Source: Eledone cirrhosa
Taxonomy: Eukaryota
Reading direction: 5' to 3'
NCBI GenBank assembly: GCA_964016885.1
Contig: CAXHJY010001062.1
Location: 1 to 64,000 of the forward strand
DNA: 64,000 nt
The position numbers were made by a program, and so were the translations under genes. The notes beneath the pieces are model-generated. The model saw only the letters and a program-made list of their open reading frames with translations. It did no database searches and had not been told where the DNA came from. This document shows positions 1 through 14,371 of this stretch, piece after piece (the stretch's first letter is position 1; each line of letters starts with the position of its first letter).

Positions 1-460
1 AGCATTTTTATGCATTATCAAATGATAGTGAAATGTATTAGTGTGGTGTCGAACATGTTAAACAGAAGGTGCAGAAAGAATAATGTTATTTACAAACAAG
101 GTATAAAAGATTATTTCTGAAGGACGGCATATATGTGTGTTTGGTATGTATATTTAATCTTGATAGTTTGTATAATTTTGTATAATTTTGTACATAGATC
201 TGTTGAATATGCATGCCAATTCTAACACATATATATCCTAGAAACGATCGTTAAATAATGAACTTTTTTTGTTTAATATAAGGAACTGTTTCATTGTTTT
301 ATTCATTATTTGTTTAATATTTTATCTTGACTCTGTATTCCGTTTATCTTTCACCGAAAGTGATTTTTCATTACATCTCTTCTTTCCATGATATCGCGAA
401 TACATTGAGTTCTTCATACGGATTGGACACTACCGTAAACTCTTGGTAGATTTATCTACA
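1..460 (+). mobile_element. Family D HHR element (PLE-like), ends GGTAGATTTATCTACA-(TA)n; left part runs off the window
   Basis: Near-identical segments at 30104-30320 and 51182-51446; contains an HHR motif at 110-259. Confidence 0.75.
110..259 (+). ncRNA. Type I hammerhead ribozyme, family D (this copy has an extra G in the core)
   Basis: AUUAUUU-CUGAAGGA-long helix II-GAAAC-GAUC-GUU-AAAUAAU, with a palindromic GAUC tetraloop. Confidence 0.6.
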
Positions 461-837
461 TATATATATATATATATAATATATATACAATAATGCATAT
501 ACGTATCGGTATGTATATAAATATATATATATTATACACACATATATATATATATGTCTGCGTGTGTTTGTATGCATGTGTGCATATCTGTATGTATATA
601 TGTGTGCATATATGTAAAAATATATTTTGTGTATATATATATATATATATATTTGTATTTGTATTTATATGTGTATATATATATAATATTCGTATTTATA
701 TATATATATAAATATATATTATATATATATATATATATAAACAAATATACCGTAATATAAACTTAAGTTTACGGATCTGCGCCTCCTCTGTGAAAATATC
801 TACCCCCCCAATACATTTTATTTCAAATCATTATTAT

Positions 838-1013
838 TATCGGTAGAGGCTCAGACGCTATGCTTTGCAGCACAGAGTTACGGTCCTTTACCTTCTCAGT
901 TCAAATCCAGCCGAGGTTAACTTTGCCTTTCATCCTTACGGAGTCAATAAAATAAAAGTACCAGTAATACACTGAGGAAAAATTGGTGGCCTTGTGCCAA
1001 AAGTAGAAACAAT
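838..1013 (+). mobile_element. tRNA-derived SINE family 1 (Deu/Nin-like core)
   Basis: B-box-like GTTCAAATCC, then GAGGTTAACTTTGCCTTTCATCCTTACGG..ATAAAATAAAGTACCAG; about 15 copies in the window. Confidence 0.85.
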
Positions 1014-1039
1014 TATTATTTTGCGGGGTTTAATATTGT

Positions 1040-1206
1040 TTTCCTCTCTATTCAGTATTTCCTTAGTCCTTGTTCCTCAGTCAGTGTGTGAACTGTTAGA
1101 TACCATGTTCTCTCCTGCACAACTTTATGTATGTCTAGCACCGTTCTTCTGGTTCGTGTGCCAAGCATACAAGCCTTCTGTAGGGTCAGCAAATTCTGTC
1201 TCTATA
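1040..1206 (-). mobile_element. Possible 3' end of an RLE-type (R4/NeSL-like) LINE
   Basis: Minus frame LQKACMLGTRTRRTVLDI resembles the QKAxLLGTARILRKVL C-terminal motif; the match is short. Confidence 0.35.
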
Positions 1207-1234
1207 ACCAAAGTCATTAACCAACCAAATAGAG

Positions 1235-2192
1235 GTGTAGGTGGTGAGAAGTGTTTACTGTTGGATGGTGGTGTTGTTGTTGTTGGTGTTGGTGGGGAAA
1301 GTGTTGTTGGTGGTGGAAGTGTTGTTGGTGGTGGAAGTGTTGTTTGCTGGTGGAAGTGTTGTTTGTGGTGGGAAGTGTTGTTTGTGGTGGAAGTGTTGGG
1401 TGGTGGTGGAAGTGTGTTAGTGGTGTTGGTGGAGGTGTAGGTGGTGGAAGTGGTGGTGGTGGTGGTGGTGTGGTGGAAGTGTTGTTGGTGGTGGTGGTGG
1501 TGGTGGTGGAAGTGTTGTTGGTGGTGTTGTTGGTGGTGGAGTGTGGTTGGTGGTGTTGTTGGTGTGGAAGTGTTGTTTGTGGTGGAAGTGTTGTTGGTGG
1601 TGGCAGTGTTGTTAGTGGTGGTGGTGTTGTGGTGGTGGGGGAAGTGTTGGTGTGTGGTGGTGGTGTTGTTGGTGGGGGTGGTGGTGTTGGTGGTGGAAGT
1701 GTTGTTGGTGGTGAAGTGTTGTTTGTGGTGGAAGTGTTGTTGGTGGTGGAAGTGTTGTTCGTGGTGGAGTGTGTTAGTGGTGTGGTGGTGTGGTGGTGGA
1801 AGTGTTGTTTGTGGTGGAGTGTTGTTGGTGGTGGAAGTGTTGTTTGTGGTGGAAGTGTTGTTGGTGGTGTTGTTGGTGGTTGGAAGTGTGGTTGGTGGTG
1901 TTGTTGGTGGTGGGAAGTGTTGTTGGTGGTGGAGTGTTGTGTGTGGTGGAAGTGTTGTGGTGGTGTTGTTGGTGGTGGAGTGTTGTTTGTGGTGGAAGTG
2001 TTGTTGGTGGTGGAAGTGTTGTTTGTGGTGTAGTGTTGTTGTGGTGGAAGTGTTGTTGTGGTGGGAAGTGTTGTTGGTGGTGGAGTGTTGTTGGTGGTGG
2101 AAGTGTTGTTAGTGGTGGAAGTGTTGTTTGTGGTGGTGGTGGAAGTGTTGTTAGTGGTGGTGGTAGTGGTGGTGGTGGTGGAAGTTGTTGTT
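1235..2192. repeat. GT-rich minisatellite (GGTGGAAGTGTTGTT-like)
   Basis: Direct inspection. Confidence 0.9.
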
Positions 2193-2194
2193 AC

Positions 2195-2256
2195 CTCACT
2201 TTTTGTCTGATACAAACAGTTGCTTTCGAACAAACATTTAAAGTCATTTAAATTGG
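2195..2256 (-). CDS. Candidate 62-bp internal exon (NLNDFKCLFESNCLYQTKSE)
   Basis: Acceptor TTATTTCTCTTCAAAG, donor GAG|GTAACA, open frame, unique island between repeats; the CxFExxC pattern recalls a MAM-domain start. Confidence 0.45.
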
Positions 2257-2918
2257 CTTTGAAGAGAAATAACAAGATACACACACACATATAAATACAT
2301 AATGGCATGTACACACAGACACTACAACACACACACGTTATATATATATACACATAGATATAAACACACACACACATATATATATATAAACATACATATA
2401 CACACACACACACATATTTATATATATATATATATACATGTAATAAATACTACACTACTACACACATATATTTATATATATATTATATATATATATATAT
2501 AGGATAGATAATCAATATGTTTATGCGTGTATGTGTTTAGAGAGAGAAGCATACACACATACATACATACATACATACATACATACATAGATACATACAT
2601 ACATACTAATACATATACATACATACATACATAATACATACATACATACATACATACATACATACATACATACATACATACATACATACCTAGCCAGATG
2701 CCAGTCAATATATATATGTGGGGTGGTAATCAGGATAGGCTACAATACACAAATACAAGTGACAACCGTCAGACCATTTATTGTGGTTTTTACATGTTTC
2801 TTTCGCGGCTCTTTCATTCCAATATGTCATTCCTTTCTTTCTTTCGAGTCTTTATTCTCTACAAGGTGGTCGCCCAGCAAAGCCGCAGTAGTATGACAGA
2901 ACCAAGTAAAAAAATAAA

Positions 2919-2958
<40 letters not shown>

Positions 2959-2961
<3 letters not shown>

Positions 2962-3152
2962 AACGAGTAGGACCCCGACGGCTGAGCTCAAGCCGTTTCG
3001 ACGGCTAATTCTAGTCCAGAATTAGCCGTCGAAGCGGCTTGAGCTCAGCCGTCGGGGTCCTACTCGTTCCTATTACCCACTCTACTACCCTAAGTATTGA
3101 GTACTTTGGTTGCGTTATGGTCCACCTGGTTCCTTACCACATTTCCTTCGTT
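2959..3152. mobile_element. Family A fold-back insertion (3' half of an HHR plus tail)
   Basis: ~52-bp inverted arms around 3012-3018, then tail ...CCTTACCACATTTCCTTCGT-(TA)n. Confidence 0.85.
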
Positions 3153-3162
3153 ATATATATAT

Positions 3163-3791
<629 letters not shown>

Positions 3792-3811
3792 TATATTAAA
3801 TATATATATAT

Positions 3812-3843
<32 letters not shown>

Positions 3844-3845
3844 AT

Positions 3846-4015
3846 GCGAAGGCGTGTGGCTGAGTGGTTTAGAGAATTGGATTCGCAATCGTAAGGTACA
3901 TATCCCGTTCAAATCCCGTCGAGGTTAACTTTGCCTTTCATCCTTACTGGGTCGATAAAATAAAGTACAGTAATGAACTGGGTATTTGCTGGCCTTCTGC
4001 CAAAAGTAGAACCAG
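3846..4015 (+). mobile_element. SINE family 1 with alternative tRNA-like head
   Basis: GGCGTGTGGCTGAGTGGTTTAGAG head plus the family-1 core. Confidence 0.8.
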
Positions 4016-4145
4016 TTATTAATCTAAGGTACAACCTTATTGAGTGCTTTGTTGCACATTCCAGACTGTATATCGTTAGCTTGGCTACAGCCAAAACTTC
4101 GATTTTACTGAACTTCCATTTATATATACATATACATATATATAT

Positions 4146-4492
4146 GTCCCTCATTATCGCTGCCATATCCTGCATCTCCCAACAGACCAGTGTCTAGTCC
4201 TTAGGGCATCAACATATGTTAACCTTGGTCTTCCTCTTCTAGTGTGTCCATGTAGGGGCTCCCAAAGGAGCACTGAGTGCAATGTCAACTCTGGATGTCG
4301 GTGAGCATGTCCAGCCAACCTCAGTCTCCTCTGTGTCACTTTTGAGCTGACTTTTGGGATGCTCCCATACAGCTCTGAGTTTTTTCATCCTCAGTGTATA
4401 CTGATTAATGTTCAGAGCCATCCTCAGCATGAGGGACAGAGACCCGCTGGAGAGAACTCGTCCATGGATCTGCGGAATTTTACCCGCCTTAG
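4146..4492. mobile_element. RTE/RTEX-like LINE 3' fragment with 5' inversion
   Basis: Minus part 4146-4430 encodes [32 protein letters not shown]; plus part 4429-4492 is the terminal end. Confidence 0.85.
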
Positions 4493-4515
4493 ATATATAT
4501 ATATATATGTATATA

Positions 4516-4564
<49 letters not shown>

Positions 4565-4840
4565 TAATATATACATAATATATATATACTACTCAGTGGT
4601 TAGAGCATTGGGCTAGCAATCGAAAAGTTGTGAGTTCAATTCTAGGCCGGGTGATGTGTTGTTTCCTTGAGCAAGACACTTTATTTCACATTGCCCCAGT
4701 TTACTCAGCTGTAGAAACGAGATGATAGGGACTGGGGTCCCTATGATTAAATTACCCAAGACACCTCCAACGAGATATACCTTGGAGGAGGCCAGCTAAA
4801 CCTGCATACAGGTGTGAACTGTGAAGCACACACACACACG

Positions 4841-4875
<35 letters not shown>

Positions 4876-4939
4876 ACACACACGCACACGCACACACGCA
4901 CACGCACACACACACACACACATACACACACATATATTT

Positions 4940-5176
4940 ATATTACGTTTTAAGAATTGGTCATACCCGCCACAACTAGGCTTCCACACACACACACACA
5001 CACACATACACACACACACGCACACACGCACACACACGCACACACACACGCACACACACACACACACAACACACACACACACACATATATATATATTACG
5101 TTTTTAAGAATTGGTCATACCCGGCCACAACTAGGCTTTCCACACACACACACACACACACATACACACACACACG

Positions 5177-5209
<33 letters not shown>

Positions 5210-5299
5210 TACGTTTTAAGAATTGGTCATACCGGCCCACAACTAGGCTTTCCACACACACACACACACATACACACACACACGCACACACGCACAACA

Positions 5300-5356
<57 letters not shown>

Positions 5357-5486
5357 TATATTACGTTTTAAGAATTGGTCATACCCGGCCACAACTAGGC
5401 TTTCCACACACACACACACACACACACACACAACACACACACACAACACACTCACAATACACACACACGCACACACGCACACACAG

Positions 5487-5540
<54 letters not shown>

Positions 5541-5639
5541 TACGTTTTAAGAATTGGTCATACCCCGGCCACAACTAGGCTTTCCACACACACACACACA
5601 CACACGACACACACATACAACACACACACGCACACACGC

Positions 5640-5677
<38 letters not shown>

Positions 5678-5720
5678 TACGTTTTAAGAATTGGTCATAC
5701 CCGGCCACAACTAGGCTTTC
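4940..5720. repeat. Six copies of a ~47-bp motif separated by variable (CA)n(TA)n tracts
   Basis: TATTACGTTTTAAGAATTGGTCATACCCGGCCACAACTAGGCTTTCC at ~4941, 5094, 5207, 5359, 5538, 5675. Confidence 0.95.
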
Positions 5721-5756
<36 letters not shown>

Positions 5757-5787
5757 CGCACACACACACACGCACGCGCACACACAA

Positions 5788-5845
<58 letters not shown>

Positions 5846-5847
5846 GT

Positions 5848-6150
5848 GGAGGCCACATGGCCTAGTTGTAAGTGTATTGGACTTACAGTTATATTGTCGT
5901 GAGTTCGATTCCTGGGTTGCGTGTTGTGTTCTTGAGCAAAACACTTCATTTCACGTTGCTCCAGTACAGTCAGCTGAAAATGAGTACCAGCAATAGCTGA
6001 GGGTTTAATTCTGCGATGGACTGGCGTCCTGTCCAGGGTGTGGGTGGGGGTGGGTGGGGGGGGGGGGGGAGAGTCTTGTACTCTCAGTCTCTTCACGCCA
6101 TGAAACCGGGATAAGAACCAGCCAAATGAGACTTCTGGCTTTAGGCTTTA
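5848..6150 (+). mobile_element. tRNA-derived SINE family 2; other copies 4590-4720(+), 36985-37252(-), 37370-37490(-), 52450-52553(-)
   Basis: TGGCCTAGTTG A box, GTTCGATTCC B box, TGTTCTTGAGCAAAACACTTCATTTCACGTTGCTCCAGT, GCGATGGACTGGCGTCCTGTCCAGGG. Confidence 0.8.
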
Positions 6151-6179
6151 GACTTTCGATATAGATAGATAGAAGGACA

Positions 6180-6273
<94 letters not shown>

Positions 6274-6300
6274 CGATTTTAGTCTCAAATTTATTATTAT

Positions 6301-6343
<43 letters not shown>

Positions 6344-6838
6344 GCATATATAAAGAATATATATATAGTGAAAAGGACTACTCGTGACCAAGTATGGCCA
6401 ATTGTTAAAACGAAAAAAAGGACAAATAGACAACTCCAAAAACACGATATTGATGTTGCTGTTGATGTCGTTCATGTTGTTGTTGATGGCTTATAAAAAC
6501 CAGGAAGTTATTTCCATGCCATACCATACAGTGTGTAGTTATGTTTACCGCCTACTTGAGTCTGATAGGCATGGCATACCTTGTCGTGCTGTGCTAGCCC
6601 ACTTTCAGAATGACACATTTCGTAGCAGATGCCTCATGCAAAATCAACGTGTATGGGGTACTCAAGGGTGTTATTTCCATATAAACATATATGCATTATA
6701 TATATATTACACACATATATGTATATATATACATATATGCATATATATAACATATATGCATATATATATACATATATGCATATATATATATATATGCATA
6801 TATATTATATATAACACATATGTAATATATATATACAC

Positions 6839-6895
<57 letters not shown>

Positions 6896-6999
6896 TATAT
6901 ACACATATATATGCATATATACATATATGCACACATATATATGCATATATATATATACATATATGCATATATATATAACATATATGCTTGAATATACGC

Positions 7000-7055
<56 letters not shown>

Positions 7056-7091
7056 CATATATGCTTGTATATATGCATATATATATATATC

Positions 7092-7137
<46 letters not shown>

Positions 7138-7141
7138 GCAA

Positions 7142-7175
<34 letters not shown>

Positions 7176-7590
7176 GTATATGCACACGAATATATATACA
7201 TATATGCATACATATATACATATATACGTACATGCAAATATATACATATGTGCATATATATACATATATACATATATGCACATATATATATAATGTATGT
7301 ATGTATATGTATATATATATATGCATATATGTATATATATATATATGCATATATGTATATATTTGAATGTGCATATACGTATATATATTTATATGCATAT
7401 ATGTATGTGTATATATATATATATAATGTCATTTCACATTACCTAGATCGTAAACAAAAATATAAACCAAAACACAATCTGACCTAAACACCAACCATAT
7501 TCCTATAATCCTACAATCAAACACACCCATTACGTACATACCACACGAGACATAAATTATATTTAAATAATTTCTTCAGAACCATACTAC

Positions 7591-7691
7591 CGCCCAGTAA
7601 AATAACAATCAGCCTGCTTCAAATACTGGTATGGCGGTGACGGGATGTCATCAGGCTTTAGCCGTTCGTATGATGGAGATTCTGTATTAAG
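7591..7691 (-). CDS. Candidate exon (LNTESPSYERLKPDDIPSPPYQYLKQADCYFTG)
   Basis: CTGCAG acceptor, open frame, CG|GTAGTA donor candidate. Confidence 0.35.
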
Positions 7692-7731
7692 CTGCAGTGT
7701 ATAGGTGTGTAATATATATGTGTTTGTGTTG

Positions 7732-7762
<31 letters not shown>

Positions 7763-7922
7763 ATATATATATATGTGTGTGTGTGTGTATATATATAGTG
7801 TGTGTGTGTATATATAATAATATATATATGTGTGTGTGTGTGTGATATATATATATATAATCTGTGTGTGTTTATGTGTGTGTATATATATATACAAGTG
7901 TGTGTGTTTATATATATACATA

Positions 7923-7960
<38 letters not shown>

Positions 7961-7982
7961 GTATGTGTGTGTGTTATATATT

Positions 7983-8017
<35 letters not shown>

Positions 8018-8120
8018 GTGTGTGTGTGTATATATATATATATAATATATATAATTGTGTGTGTGTGTTTAGTGTGTGTGTTTATATATATACATAGTGT
8101 GTGTGTATATATATATATAT

Positions 8121-8211
8121 AATTGTTTCTACTTTTGGCACAGGGCCAGCAATTTACCCAGTACATTACTGGTACTTTATTTTATCGACCCCGTAAGGAT
8201 GAAAGGCAAAA
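8121..8211 (-). mobile_element. SINE family 1, 5'-truncated
   Basis: Reverse complement of core and tail. Confidence 0.8.
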
Positions 8212-9042
8212 TGTGTATATATATGTGTGTGTATGTAAATGTGTGCGTATGTGTATATATATATATATATATATAATATATATATATATTGTGTGTGTGT
8301 GTATATAGTGTGTGTGTGTATGTACAAGGTGTGTGTTATATATATATGTTATTGAGTAAATATGTATATACATTATCATACTGTATACTGTATACGTTTG
8401 AGTTTTGTATAGTAGTATATATTATGAGTGTGTTACATTAGTATACCTACATACATACATATATATATATAACTACATTCATACATAAATAATATAAATA
8501 CATATATATACCAATTTTCTTTTTCTTTGAGAAGTATCACCATTTAACATAACTACATAGTTTATAGAATTGTTGTACGACATGTATGTCGCAGTTTAAA
8601 CATATATATATATATGAGTTACTTTGTGCAGAAAGATAAATATATATAGATGTGTATACTAACATTATATTAGTAGTAGTAGGTCTATACTCATGTAGAA
8701 ATAATACACATGTATATATACACTTAATACGAATACTATATATATATATATATAATCACTTTCAGTATATACCTTACGTTGAATTAGATTGGAATGTAGA
8801 TTGAATATGAAATTTGTTAACATAAATCTTCAATATACAACCCATATAATATATGTGTGTATATATATATGTATATATATATATATATTATATATATATA
8901 TTCACACACAATTATGTGGATATATTACATTGATACGAACTTCATTATCATCAAAAGAACGACACGACGACAATTGTGAAGCTGAATGAAGAACTATAAA
9001 TAATGTAATGACATACATTGTACATACATACATACATATATC

Positions 9043-9074
<32 letters not shown>

Positions 9075-9542
9075 TATATGTATAAATATAATTATAATAT
9101 ATATATATAATATATACAATATATATAGACTAATGTAATTATATATACTGTAATATAATATATATATATATAATAAGACTGCAATCTAATATAAAACATA
9201 TATATATAATATATATATATAATATATATATATATATAAGCAGCAATCTAATATATATATATATATAAGCAAAGAGTAATATGGCTGAACGAAGAAGAAG
9301 AGAGTAGCAAGTATAGTTAAGCTTCAGTATAGAAATGCCGAAGTCATAGTAATTCATCATATACAACAGTACAAGAAGCCATTGGTCTTCCCTCTAATAG
9401 ACTCCAGACTTGTCTAAGCTGAAGATAAAAAAAATCGTTCGGTCCGCCATTGCTGCATGCTTTGTCCTCCATTTTCATTGTTTTGACTGCTCTTGCTAAT
9501 CTCTCTCCACTCTCTCTCTCTTGCTGCTCTCAGCTCTCGTCT

Positions 9543-9602
<60 letters not shown>

Positions 9603-9733
9603 CTCTCTCTGTCCACTTCTCACTTCTTTTTCGCATCTCTCTCTCACATTCTCTTTCTCTCTATACACATACATATATATTAAACACACACATACACACA
9701 ACATATACTTTCTTTCATCTTTCTCCTGTCTCT

Positions 9734-9764
<31 letters not shown>

Positions 9765-9875
9765 CCCCCTCTTTCTTTACCCCTCTCATCAATGTTCACT
9801 TTCTCACTTCTTTTTCGCATCTTTCTCTCTCCCACACTCTCTTTCTCTCTATAACATCTATTTATATTAAACACG

Positions 9876-9909
<34 letters not shown>

Positions 9910-10354
9910 CCTCTTTCTTTCATCTTTCTCTCTGACTTCCTCTCTCTCTCCCTCTCTCTTTCTCTCTGTCTTCCTCTCTTTCTCCCTGTCTCTCTCTCTC
10001 TCTTCTCCTTCTCTATCTCCCTCTCCCTCTCTATCTATTTCTCGTTGTCTTTCTTCGCTATCCATTCATATTTTCTTTAAATCCATCGCCTCTATCTTAT
10101 ATTCTATCTCGTTTCTTAATCGGTTTGTTCAGCAATCTAACCATTATATCTTATTTTCTTCCCAACCATCGACCAACCATCCATTCTAACTGAATACCCA
10201 ATCTAACCGACCAACCTCCCACCCAACCCCCAAAACTCCGCTTAATTCTCTTCTTAATCATTGCTTTCGTTTCTTTCCATTTTGTTCGTCAGTCAAAATC
10301 TAATCTTTGGTGTAAACTGTCATATTTATACTTATACATACCTACATCGCTATA

Positions 10355-11200
10355 CACCACCACCAATATCGAAACCTTCCTCCCCACCACCACGACTAAT
10401 ACAACTATCACCACCCTCACCACCACCACCACCACTATCACCATTACCACAACCATCATAACCATCACCACGACGCGACGAATACCACTATCACCATCGC
10501 CACAACCATCATAACCACCACCACGACTAATACCACTATTATCATCACCACCACCATCATAACCACCCATGACTAATACCACTATCACCATCACCACAAC
10601 CATCATAACCACCATGACTAATACCACTATCACCATCGCCACAACCATTATAACCACCACCACGACTAATACCACTATCAACATCACCACAACCATCCTC
10701 ACCACCACCACTATCACCATCATAGCCACCACCACGACTATCACCAATACCACTATCACCAACACCGCAACCATCATAACCACCACAACCGCCATCACCA
10801 CTGCAACCACCATCACCACCGCAACCACCATCACCACCAATGCCACCAATACCATCACAACCTCCAACGCCACCACCGCAACCATCATCACCACCGCAAC
10901 CACCATCACCACCAATACCACCAATACCATCACAACCTCCAACGCCACCACCGCAACCACCATCACCACCCTCAACCACCATCACCACCAATACCACCAA
11001 TACCATCACAACCCTCCAACGCCACCACCGCAACCATCATCACCACCGCAACCACCAATACCATCACAACCTCCAACGCCACCACCGCAACCATCATCAC
11101 CACCGCAACCACCAATACCATCACAACCCTCCAACGCCACCACCGCAACCATCATCACCACCATCACCGAAACCATTACCACCATCACCACCACGGCAAT
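10355..11200. repeat. (CCA)-based compound minisatellite
   Basis: Direct inspection. Confidence 0.9.
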
Positions 11201-11649
11201 CATTTAAATTCAACTTTAAATTTTCCAAAATATTTCCCAAATATGAAAGCCCGAATCTGTTGAAATATATATATAATAAAAATATAGTTTCCGTTATTAG
11301 TATCATTGATATTGATGAGCTCTGCTGATGAATGAAATTCCAACCGTGACCATCTCCACTGAAAGTTTTCATGAAATAGTCTCTTAAGACTATACAGAGC
11401 ATTTGATGTTATTCCAATTGAAGGATAAGTGTTTCAAACTTTATTTTATCATGAGTTAAAGGTCTATAGATTTTTCCCTGGATTTTACTAAATTCTGTGG
11501 ATGAATTTATATCCTGATTCTCTTTTGAGATGAGTTTGAGTTATTTCTCCTAAATCTTTCGTTAACTACTTTTCCCATCTTGACGTTATAGTCGCATATA
11601 TGTTATAGAATGCCGTTAGCTTCTTGCTAAAACAATCTCTATACCTCTC

Positions 11650-11688
<39 letters not shown>

Positions 11689-11692
<4 letters not shown>

Positions 11693-11905
11693 GGGCGACC
11701 GGCGCGGGTGGAGGGTGCTGGATGGGGGTCGTCCTCCGGTCTTTGATTTTCGGCTCCATGGATTTTGTCTGTTGCATTCACTTATTGTGTTTTGGGTGCC
11801 TGATGATGTCACCGGATTCATGCGGAACCTTGTCATTGGGATAATCATAGTATATTAAACCTTTCAAGGACTTACACAAGTCCAGCCTCCTGTCATTTCA
11901 TTATA
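11689..11905 (+). mobile_element. Family E element with HHR-like motif; second copy ~56075-56240
   Basis: Both copies share CCTGATGATGTCACC..CGGAACCT.GTCATTG and CAGTCC.GCCTCCTGT before (TA)n. Confidence 0.5.
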
Positions 11906-12309
11906 ATATTATATATATATATATAAAAGGAAAATAAGAAAACGATAGAAAATGGTAATAGAATTTTATCATAGAAAAACAGAAAATCTTTTTTAAATCA
12001 ATTTTTAGCACCGGTTTCAGTGAATAAGGATTATTGCGGGGGTCCATTATTCGGAAAATCTGTGATACATAATTTAATGGTATTCATAGTTTCGTGGTGC
12101 TTCGATTAAGCAACCAGTAGCGTGATATAATCAAGCGGCATCAGACTCTCACAATTAAGCTTATTGTACATATACTCCGTCGTGGACAAACGAATTGTAT
12201 TGGGAAGAATAGACATGACGTCGAGTGCTTACATCTAATTGCATTATAATTCTCTGATTGGTGTAGTGCGTACGCAAAACTGATTTCTCAACATTTTTAT
12301 CGTATATAT

Positions 12310-12870
12310 AGTTATGAATCTTGGGTAATGACTGAAAGAATAGAAACCCGAAATGGGGTTCCTCCTAAGAGTCTTTGGAGTGACGTTACCCGATAAAGTG
12401 CGTAGATCGAAGATCAGAGAGTCGCTTCAGGTAGAGGCGTCTCTGAATTGGGAGATCACAGCTTCTATATTACGTCTATATTACGTCTCTGAATTGGGAG
12501 ATCACAGCTTCTATATTACGTCTATATTACGTCTCTGAATTGGGAGATCACAGCTTCTATATTACGTCTATATTACGTCTCTGAATTGGGAGATCACAGC
12601 TTCTATATTACGGACATGTGGTTAGAATGTCTCAGGAAAGAATCGTTGGACAGATTTTACGGGCAAAACCAGCCGGCAGGAGACCCAGGGGTAGATCTCG
12701 TGCAAGAAGGTTGGATAACGTCCATGTCCGTGGCTGGTCTCGCTGAGGGAATCCAGCCAGAAGAGTTGGTGACAGTTGCTTCTGACAGAACCCGCTAGAA
12801 AGTGTGTTTGAAGAGTCTTTCCCCAAGCCTCTCAGAAAAAAGGTGGACGAGGACAAAGAAGAGAAAATAT
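12310..12870 (+). mobile_element. 3' fragment of the same Rex3/Expander-like LINE, with internal 47-bp tandem repeat
   Basis: EMGFLLRVFGVTLPDKVRRSKIRESLQVE; homologous to 41200-41620. Confidence 0.85.
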
Positions 12871-13194
12871 ATTATTCTTGATTTTGTAGGTTTTTAGCCC
12901 CGGGCTGGACATCATTGAGTAGATTTATGATTCAAAGATATTCTAGTCTTGACAATCGCATAACGTTTGTTTATTTAGAACTTCATTATCTTGTAAAACC
13001 TTCTGGTTTTAATGTTGTAAGGTATGGTTCGAGAAAGATTTGCCAGGCATTGCTAGCTTGTTCATTGACAGAAGTTGGGGACAGGCAGGATGAGTTGCCT
13101 TAGAAATATTATACAACTACATCTAGATATATAAGGATGAATGTTTCCAGAGACTATATATGGGTATATAAAAAATATACAAACATATATATAT

Positions 13195-13412
13195 TATGCT
13201 CACCGGCATCCAGAGTTGACATTGCACTCAGTATTCCTATGGGAGACCCTACATGGACACACTGGAAGAGGAAGACCAAGGTTAACGTATGTTGATGCCC
13301 TAAGGACAGACACAGGTCTGTTGGGGACGCAGGACGTGGCAGCGATAATGAGGGACAGAGACCGCTGGAGAGAACTCGTCCATGGATCTCGGGAATTTTA
13401 CCCCGCCTAGAA
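13195..13412 (+). mobile_element. RTE/RTEX-like LINE 3' end
   Basis: [48 protein letters not shown], stop, then (AT)n. Confidence 0.85.
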
Positions 13413-13517
13413 ATATATATATATATATTTATATATATATATAGTTAGACGCATAGATACATATATATAAAAAAGTACATACAAATACTCACACATACAC
13501 ATATACATATATATGTG

Positions 13518-13550
<33 letters not shown>

Positions 13551-13790
13551 TATATATATATATATATATGTATGAATGTATATGTTTATGAATGTATATG
13601 TATGTATATATTTATGTATATGTATGTATGTATGCATATGTATGCGTGCATATATATATGTGTATATGTGTGTATATGTGTGTATGTATATATACATGTG
13701 TATATGTATGTATGTATATATGTATATATATATATATATGTGTGTGTATGTGTGTATATATATGTGAATATATATACGAGTGTATGTTTG

Positions 13791-13821
<31 letters not shown>

Positions 13822-13825
13822 ATGT

Positions 13826-13864
<39 letters not shown>

Positions 13865-14134
13865 AGCACCTGTGATTGCATGTAATTTCGTCTCCAGTCA
13901 ACGGTGAACGAAAATATAAGTTATGATCATATGTCTTTTCACTTGCTGTACCTGAAGATACACACACCTGTGAGGGGAAATACAGGTGTACATATGTCTG
14001 TTAGAAAGACGAATGTGTATATATATATATATATATATATATTCGTCATTAATATTTTAGGTGTGGCAATACTAAAAAGACAGGTAATTATGTAGATATT
14101 CATACACTCAAACATATATATCTGTGTGTATATT

Positions 14135-14217
<83 letters not shown>

Positions 14218-14258
14218 ATATATATGTCTATATATATGTATATATATATATATACATA

Positions 14259-14371
<113 letters not shown>

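Noticed and set aside
1217-2413. 398-aa Thr/Pro-rich mucin-like ORF
   Set aside because: The minisatellite is open in many frames, with indels switching peptide type; only 2195-2256 looks exon-like.
2959-3152. Fold-backs as classical MITEs or rho-independent terminators
   Set aside because: Arms are asymmetric, the centre shifts between copies, and some copies have no overlap at all.
4940-5720. CRISPR array
   Set aside because: Spacers are pure microsatellite of variable length, there are no cas genes, and the context is eukaryotic.
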